Made by a program: the position numbers and the translations under genes | Shown: one piece after another, positions 57,865 through 64,000 of the stretch | Layout: every line of letters starts with the position of its first letter | How positions within the stretch are numbered: position 1 is the first letter of the stretch | Assembly (NCBI GenBank): GCA_020353515.1 | Contig: CP070695.1 | Coordinates: 3,161,532-3,225,531, forward strand | Source of the DNA: Candidatus Heimdallarchaeota archaeon | GTDB taxonomy: Archaea; Asgardarchaeota; Heimdallarchaeia; Hodarchaeales; Hodarchaeaceae | Length of the DNA: 64,000 nucleotides | Reading direction: 5' to 3' | Notes under the pieces: model-generated | What the model was told of the DNA's origin: nothing | The model's input: the letters and a program-made list of their open reading frames with translations, nothing else | The model's database searches: none

Positions 57865-59529
57865 ATGTCTGTTGAAAAACTAATAGCTGATCTTTCATCT
57901 CCAAACGAAGATCTTAGGAAAAACGCGGTAGATGAAATTTACGAGTTGATTTCTGCAAATCCCAATGAACTGACCCCTCATATACGTTCTTTTTTGAAAG
58001 TAATTCGTACAACATCTGATAATTATATTTTTCAGTATCTAGGCAGTACAATTTCGACTATAGCTTCATCAGTACCTTCTTTAGGAACAGATTATTTTGA
58101 TGATATCCTTGAGACGGTTACAGTTTTAACAGAGAATTTTGCTATGGATGATGAATCCGAAGGATTTGTAGGTATCTGTGCAATAGGTCTATTAGAAACC
58201 ATTCGACAACCAATAACAACAGATCCACGAAAATTTATTGAGGCCTTACCTACATTCTTTAAATTAATGGAAAAAGACCATTCAGTAAAATACAGTGCGA
58301 TGGGTTATGTATCACCCATGGTTAGTCGTAGTCCCCGCATATTCAAGGACTATGTTCCTCAGATCTTTGATCTAGTAAAAGGTGGAATGACAGAGATGAT
58401 TTCTCTGCTATGGGAGTTATACAAATTCAATCCGCCTTTTTATGAAGAAAATATTGATTTCTTGCTTCAGATGGCTAAAGATGTGAATTATTCAAGTATC
58501 GCCTTGATGATTCTAAACGAAATGGCAAAGAAGAATAGTACTATCATGAATCCCTATATCAAGGATCTGAAAGATACAATCCACTCGCCTCATACCGCCT
58601 CAAGTAGTATTATGATTTTTAGCGAAATTGCTCGTAATAATCCAGAATTAATTCAACCAATTCTTCCAGAAATTCAGGAAGCGATGGAGTACAACAATAC
58701 TCTTAAAATGATGGCCCCAAACATTTTTGGGCTTGTTGGTCGGATGTCAGTCAAAATCGCAGCCGAACTTCTTCCCTTTCTTGTAGAACTACTCGATGAC
58801 CCTGATCATAATGTACACACTGTAACTTTGATGGAAATACGGAACCTCGGAGAAATGGATCGCTCCTTACTAGATCCATACATTGAGAAAATAAGAACTT
58901 TAGAAGATGACCCCCAGGAATACATCCGAGATCAAGCGAAATATATTGTTGATATTTATGAAGGGAGAACAGTTCGTGAATTTGCTGCTGCAATCGATGA
59001 TCATAACAAGAGAATCAGTGAAATGGTGCATTCTTATGAAGATCTCAAGGCATATGTTGATGAGAATGTTTCTGAGCTCAAGGAATTCATATCTCAAATT
59101 GCGAAAAAACTTCCTATCCCTTCTGAATTTTCAACTGAAGGACGGATCAGGAAAACCATGAAACTGCATTTTACCTGTGGTATGCAAAATGATCGGTGTT
59201 TATATCCATCTGATAGAAGTTTTACTGCTGAAACCAAAGCATGGAATAAATGGTTGAAGATTGCACTTTCTGCTGTTAAAATAGGAGCTGCTGTTATTCA
59301 TCCTGTAGCTGCAGGAGGAGCAGTAGACGCGGTAAAAGACGTATATGAGGTATATAGAACAAAAGATGATGCAGACTTTATAAGTTATATTTCACAGCCG
59401 TTCTTGACATCTGAAGAGCAGGATAACCTCATCGTTCAACTTCGAAAAGCTAGGTTTTTTGATATATTTAACTATAACGCTCAACAGGGAAATTGGGCAT
59501 GCCTTATGTGTAATCCTCCAGGTAGCTGA
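57865..59529 (+). CDS. HEAT/ARM-repeat protein with a Cys-containing C-terminal domain
   Basis: Repeated amphipathic helix pairs (LVELLDDPD.., LEDDPQEYIR); LHFTC..C..WACLMC. Confidence 0.8.
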   Translation: MSVEKLIADLSSPNEDLRKNAVDEIYELISANPNELTPHIRSFLKVIRTTSDNYIFQYLGSTISTIASSVPSLGTDYFDDILETVTVLTENFAMDDESEGFVGICAIGLLETIRQPITTDPRKFIEALPTFFKLMEKDHSVKYSAMGYVSPMVSRSPRIFKDYVPQIFDLVKGGMTEMISLLWELYKFNPPFYEENIDFLLQMAKDVNYSSIALMILNEMAKKNSTIMNPYIKDLKDTIHSPHTASSSIMIFSEIARNNPELIQPILPEIQEAMEYNNTLKMMAPNIFGLVGRMSVKIAAELLPFLVELLDDPDHNVHTVTLMEIRNLGEMDRSLLDPYIEKIRTLEDDPQEYIRDQAKYIVDIYEGRTVREFAAAIDDHNKRISEMVHSYEDLKAYVDENVSELKEFISQIAKKLPIPSEFSTEGRIRKTMKLHFTCGMQNDRCLYPSDRSFTAETKAWNKWLKIALSAVKIGAAVIHPVAAGGAVDAVKDVYEVYRTKDDADFISYISQPFLTSEEQDNLIVQLRKARFFDIFNYNAQQGNWACLMCNPPGS

Positions 59530-59538
59530 TAAAATTAC

Positions 59539-60270
59539 TTACTTGACCAGTTTATGGAATTGAAGATTATTTTCGCTAATAAAGTGGAACGAGTTGTCAA
59601 GTTTCCCTAAAAACTCTCCAGTATGAGAATCTGTACCACAGACAACTGTGACTCCTTTGTTGACCAACTCTTGAACTAGTTTCTTAGTGAAATGGAGATA
59701 ATAATCTAGTCCTTCCCTTGTATTTCTTCCCACTCCTCTTCTTGGATGTAATTCAGATTCTTGAATTTCGATAAAGATTTCATACTGACTTAAGATCGTG
59801 GCTATTTCTAGTTCCTTTCTGTTATAATTCTGCTGGATATCATTATGTGCAAGCCCTACTGGTATCTCTAGTTCGTTTCGTATATCTATTATTTCTGAGA
59901 TATCTCTATTTCCTACTTCTCCCCAATATTCCTTTTCTGTATTGACATATTCAAAAAGGACATAATCGAATCGATTTAAAATTTCAAAGGGTAATTGAGA
60001 TGGATTTATCCCATAAATCCTAGACACATCGATTTCAATTCCAATCTTTAATTCTAATCCTTTCAAAGTTCTTTTTATTTCCTTAAGATAATTATAGTAT
60101 CTTTCAAGATTCGCCGTTACTTGGTAAGTATCAATGAGTTTCTTTGAAAAACCATGGTCACAAATACCTAGAATCTCAAGATTCCTGTATTTAGCTTGTT
60201 TGATCAAGTCTTTAGGGGAAAGAAGACCATCTGAATATGTTGTATGGGTATGAATGTCATGTCTCCTCAT
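59539..60270 (-). CDS. PHP-family phosphoesterase
   Basis: DIHTHTTYSDG, CDH, GIE, AH, GTDSH. Confidence 0.93.
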   Translation of the reverse strand: MRRHDIHTHTTYSDGLLSPKDLIKQAKYRNLEILGICDHGFSKKLIDTYQVTANLERYYNYLKEIKRTLKGLELKIGIEIDVSRIYGINPSQLPFEILNRFDYVLFEYVNTEKEYWGEVGNRDISEIIDIRNELEIPVGLAHNDIQQNYNRKELEIATILSQYEIFIEIQESELHPRRGVGRNTREGLDYYLHFTKKLVQELVNKGVTVVCGTDSHTGEFLGKLDNSFHFISENNLQFHKLVK

Positions 60271-60324
60271 TTTTATCGCATTAAACAGATTTTATTTTAG
60301 TTCTTAATAGTAAGGGGAAAATTT

Positions 60325-60342
60325 TCAGTACTAGAGTACTGA
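60325..60342. promoter_or_regulatory. Perfect 8-bp inverted repeat, candidate operator
   Basis: TCAGTACT-AG-AGTACTGA 55 nt upstream of the PHP gene. Confidence 0.4.
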
Positions 60343-60406
60343 TAAGCTCAATACAAATAACTCTTTGGGAAAAAAGAGGTTGGCTTATCCAAGATAGAAT
60401 ATCAGA

Positions 60407-61171
60407 CTAATTTATCTTAATATTTGGAGTGTCATTGATGATATTAAGATAATCTTCCGCGATTTTTAGTTGATGATGTCGCCGACTAATAATTCCAAAT
60501 TGTTCAAGTTGTTTGACGTAATAAGAAACCATTACTTTACTGATACCAGTGAAATTTACAATGTCTTTCTGCAAACATACACTGGTCTTTGATTCGAGAA
60601 ACTGTAAGATTGTCTTAACATTTTTGTTTCGTAAAACTGAGAACCACATTTTTTCTTTTATTGAGAACTGGTGATTCTTTAGAAAAAAATGCTTACATCG
60701 ACCTAAGATAAATGCCTCGATCTCAGTAGTTTCAAGACGACCTATATGATATTGAATAACTCCGATAGCAAGTCCTGTTTCGCGTTGAATCTCACGAAGA
60801 GTGATTCCTGGACTCTCTTCAATGGTTTCCTTGATAATTGATCGATTAACAGGGATTTTTTCATCATCATTTTGGTGATTCTCAAATGTCCATCTTCCTA
60901 GGAAGATTATAGGCAGATTTAATAATTTTACTGGTTTTAGTATCTCCCTTACTCGAATAACAATATCTGAACTTTGCACTGTACTGCTTTGTGATGGTAT
61001 AAGTAAATTTGACGAACAAACAGGGGAAATGAACATTTCATTACCCTCAAATGATTGGGTTACTGGAAGAAGGGACAAGAGATGAAAGAAAGAGAGAAAA
61101 GTAATTATCACTAATAGTAATCCCAAAAGCTTCCTTTTTCTCGATTTATGAAAAATTGATCCCACCATCAT
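60407..61171 (-). CDS. Membrane-tethered tandem winged-helix regulator
   Basis: N-terminal TM; PGITLREIQRETGLAIGVIQYHIGRLE and QKDIVNFTGISKVMVSYYVKQLE. Confidence 0.85.
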   Translation of the reverse strand: MMVGSIFHKSRKRKLLGLLLVIITFLSFFHLLSLLPVTQSFEGNEMFISPVCSSNLLIPSQSSTVQSSDIVIRVREILKPVKLLNLPIIFLGRWTFENHQNDDEKIPVNRSIIKETIEESPGITLREIQRETGLAIGVIQYHIGRLETTEIEAFILGRCKHFFLKNHQFSIKEKMWFSVLRNKNVKTILQFLESKTSVCLQKDIVNFTGISKVMVSYYVKQLEQFGIISRRHHQLKIAEDYLNIINDTPNIKIN

Positions 61172-61327
61172 ATCTGAATAATTATTACTCTCTTTTATAG
61201 TTTCTGTTAGTTAAAAAATTGTACTAGTATCTTTAATACTGAAAGAAAAGTATGGAAATTGTACCAAAAAGTAATAAAAGCTAAAATAGGAAGGGAATGA
61301 CGAGTTACGTCGTCTAAGGTTTAGTAT

Positions 61328-62836
61328 ATGACCTCTATGTTTCTTCAAGCGATTCGACCATTTATGTCAATCACACCAGAAGTTGTCAAACCGCCTCGTG
61401 AGGTTCATTTCAATGAAAAAGTAATGTGGACATTTGCAGCTTTGGTTATTTATTTTGTAATGGCATCTACTCCAATTATTGGAGCTCATTATGAAGGAGC
61501 TGACCCTATCGCACTTATGCGGATTATTACAGCCTCAACTCGAGGATCGCTGGCAGAGCTCGGAATTGGCCCAATTGTAACAGCAGGACTCATTATGCAA
61601 ATACTAGTAGGATCCAAAATTATTTCTGTGAATATGGGAGACCCTGAGGAAAGAGCTCTCTATACAGGAGCACAAAAGGTTATGTCAGTTGCATTAACAG
61701 TTATTGAAGCAACTGCATTCTTAATTGGGGGAACTTATGGTTCTAATCTAATTCTTCAGGACCAGTTAGCTATCATTGCCCAATTATTAGCAGCAGGTAT
61801 CATAATCATTCTCCTAGATGAGATGATTCAGAAAGGTTGGGGATTAGGATCAGGTATTTCTTTATTCATTGCAGGGGGGGTTGGTTTACAAATTTTTCAA
61901 GGATTGTTTGCACAACAAACTTTCTACGAAGGACCAAACAATCGAGTAGAGTCAAGGAGAGGTATTGCTCTTGCTTTTCTTGCGTGGATATCACAGCGGG
62001 GTCCGATTGAAGCAATTGGAGCATTATTTTTCCGATACAGTCCAACCGAGAGTATAAATTTACCTTCCCTCTCTCTCCTTTCTGTGATAGCTTCCATTGT
62101 AGTGTTCATTGTTGTAATCTATTTTGAATCCATGCGAATTGAAATCCCAATCTCGTATGCCCAGTACAAGGGCATCCGATCCATTTATCCTATTAAACTG
62201 CTTTATGTATCGAATATCCCCGTCATTTTAACTTCAGCTGTTTTTGCTGATATCTATTTTATTACTCAAATGGTTTGGAATGCTAGTGGGGGACCAAATA
62301 GAACAATAACCAATCCACTCGCGCTATTTTTAGGGACATTTAGAATTGATGAAACAACTCAGCAATATGTTCCTGTATCTGGTCTTGTTTATTATTTGAC
62401 CCCACCTCAGTCTTTTGTTGGCGAGGCTGGATTTCTAAATGTAGCAAAACCAATTGAATCTATGTTCCGTGCCTTGGTGTACGCCATATTTCTTGTCATT
62501 CTTTGTGTAATCTTTTCAGCAATGTGGTTGGAAACAGCGGGAATGGGTTCACGAGATGTTGCACGACAGCTATTACAATCTGGAATGCAGGTACCAGGTT
62601 GGCGACGATGTGAGAAAATGGTTCAACGAAGATTAGAAATGTACATTCCTACAATAGCTTTGATGGGTGGATTATTTATTGGGATTTTAGCAGCTTTTGC
62701 AGATTTTTTTGGTGCTATCGGATCTGGTATGGGCATTCTCCTCTCTGTCAGCATTATAAGACAATACATTGATCTTATTAGCAAAGAAAAAGTTGCTGAA
62801 ATGAATCCTTCTTTACGCAGTTTTTTAGGGATATAA
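61328..62836 (+). CDS. secY: Preprotein translocase SecY/Sec61alpha
   Basis: GSLAELGIGPIVTAGLIMQIL, KGWGLGSGISLFI, YPIKLLYVSNIPVIL, GSGMGILL. Confidence 0.97.
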   Translation: MTSMFLQAIRPFMSITPEVVKPPREVHFNEKVMWTFAALVIYFVMASTPIIGAHYEGADPIALMRIITASTRGSLAELGIGPIVTAGLIMQILVGSKIISVNMGDPEERALYTGAQKVMSVALTVIEATAFLIGGTYGSNLILQDQLAIIAQLLAAGIIIILLDEMIQKGWGLGSGISLFIAGGVGLQIFQGLFAQQTFYEGPNNRVESRRGIALAFLAWISQRGPIEAIGALFFRYSPTESINLPSLSLLSVIASIVVFIVVIYFESMRIEIPISYAQYKGIRSIYPIKLLYVSNIPVILTSAVFADIYFITQMVWNASGGPNRTITNPLALFLGTFRIDETTQQYVPVSGLVYYLTPPQSFVGEAGFLNVAKPIESMFRALVYAIFLVILCVIFSAMWLETAGMGSRDVARQLLQSGMQVPGWRRCEKMVQRRLEMYIPTIALMGGLFIGILAAFADFFGAIGSGMGILLSVSIIRQYIDLISKEKVAEMNPSLRSFLGI

Positions 62837-62909
62837 TGGTTGTCTTTCCGAATAGGTTAGATTTAAATCTGAACTTTAGATTTCTTTATTCAATGTACTT
62901 AGCAATCGA

Positions 62910-63605
62910 GTGATTAATATGAAACCTCTCATAAGAAAAATGCTATACATTATTTTGTGGTATGTTGTGTACCCCAATTTTTGGTTACTCCTCCTTGCCT
63001 CTGATATTTATTTCAAACCAGAAAATCTCATCTTTCTACTGACTCTTCTTATCTCTTATATTATGGGAATAATAGACACAATAATCCGACCCTTTTCAGA
63101 GAGTATTGAGGAAGACTGGACAACTAATCGCCTTTATACCATGATTATACTCGCCTTATTCTTATTTAATCCAATTATTATTGCCCTATCATTCTATGAA
63201 TCTAAACTCATTGTAGCAAACTACTTTCCGACTTGGAATACCCTCCCTGTATCTATTCTTGGTATCTTTATTCTGATGATAGGAGGATGTATTACAATAA
63301 CAGGGAGATACCAGCTCAAACAATTTGGTGAAGGAGTTTTAAATGTTAAAGAAGATCAGACCTTGATAACCACAGGAATTTTTAGCTATATTCGTCATCC
63401 TATTTATGCGGGAGGAATTATAGGAGTTTTCGGACTCTATCTCGCATTCGGGAGTTTCTTTGTTTTAATTGGTATTTGGATTTCCTATTTCGTGGTTTTC
63501 AGACACCGATTACTCTTCGAAGAGAAAATGATGACTGAAGCTTTTGGAGACGAATACAGAGAATATATGAAACACTCAAAACGATTAATCCCATTTCTAT
63601 ATTAA
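62910..63605 (+). CDS. Isoprenylcysteine carboxyl methyltransferase/PEMT-family membrane protein
   Basis: LITTGIFSYIRHPIY, EEKMM..FGDEYREY. Confidence 0.92.
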   Translation: MINMKPLIRKMLYIILWYVVYPNFWLLLLASDIYFKPENLIFLLTLLISYIMGIIDTIIRPFSESIEEDWTTNRLYTMIILALFLFNPIIIALSFYESKLIVANYFPTWNTLPVSILGIFILMIGGCITITGRYQLKQFGEGVLNVKEDQTLITTGIFSYIRHPIYAGGIIGVFGLYLAFGSFFVLIGIWISYFVVFRHRLLFEEKMMTEAFGDEYREYMKHSKRLIPFLY

Positions 63606-63684
63606 TGAGATACACGCGACAAGTATAACGTAAAAATCAAATTGAGGAAAAAAAGAAAGAAAGAAGAAATGATAAGGAAAACTG

Positions 63685-64000
63685 TTACTCTTCTTCAGGT
63701 TCCATTATCTTCTTTTTGATTTTTTCTAGTAATTCTTTGAGTTCATCCTTTTTGAGGTCATCTGATTCTCCTATCTTTTGAACGATTGTATCTACTTCTG
63801 TTTTTGCTGACATTAGCACATCTAACCTTCTTTGGGTTTTATTTATCCGCTTTTTTAAGGATGACCTATATCCTTGAAAGTAGTCTAGAGCATCCTCCTT
63901 GGATTGAAAATCATTGATGTCTGCAACCATCCTTCGATACAATCTCGGTCGTGCGAATGGATGACCATATTTTTCTGGGGGAGCTAATTCTGAAAAGAAT
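63685..64000 (-). CDS. Hypothetical coiled-coil protein, probably 5'-partial at the window edge
   Basis: Frame stays open upstream of 63942. Confidence 0.6.
   Translation of the reverse strand, partial: FFSELAPPEKYGHPFARPRLYRRMVADINDFQSKEDALDYFQGYRSSLKKRINKTQRRLDVLMSAKTEVDTIVQKIGESDDLKKDELKELLEKIKKKIMEPEEE

Noticed and set aside
407-62109. Numerous 60-170 aa ORFs nested in or antisense to long genes (e.g. 3115-3618, 29593-29955, 51803-52174)
   Set aside because: Shadow ORFs without motifs that overlap better-supported genes.
21983-63605. Eukaryote-like prenylation pathway (Rab GTPases + CAAX protease + two ICMT-family genes)
   Set aside because: The GTPases end in IFQEN, PIFQK and LASYL with no C-terminal Cys, no prenyltransferase is present, the genes are unlinked, and CPBP and ICMT families are widespread in prokaryotes.

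Overview
AT-rich archaeal chromosomal segment, most likely from an Asgard archaeon of the Heimdallarchaeia (possibly Hodarchaeales-like). The assignment is inferred from eukaryotic-signature proteins: two intact Rab/Ras-like GTPases plus two relics, a one-domain gelsolin, an OSTC/DC2-like oligosaccharyltransferase subunit, a MIT-like protein, a longin/uDENN-like domain, HEAT- and TPR-repeat proteins, and a stand-alone SecY/Sec61alpha. No rRNA, tRNA, CRISPR array, integrase or transposase was recognised. The window is a patchwork of mostly monocistronic accessory genes, many encoding C-terminally anchored surface proteins, interleaved with numerous gene relics. The most striking unexplained structure is at least five sets of short, diverged direct repeats that bracket blocks of unrelated cargo genes: 3' tails of a HerA-like ATPase, a LuxC-like reductase and a NosD-like surface protein, the 3' flank of a Rab gene, and a promoter-like element. 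In the HerA pair all six differences are at third codon positions, which points to repeated additive capture of DNA from diverged functional alleles with no integrase in sight. Other highlights are a receptor-like protein (large ectodomain, TM helix, cytoplasmic longin/uDENN-like domain), a relic of a contractile-injection/phage tail-sheath gene fused to a host Cys-rich gene, LITAF-like membrane B-box proteins, a PI-PLC-like enzyme and a circularly permuted orphan family-5 solute-binding protein. All assignments are by eye from motifs; no searches were run.
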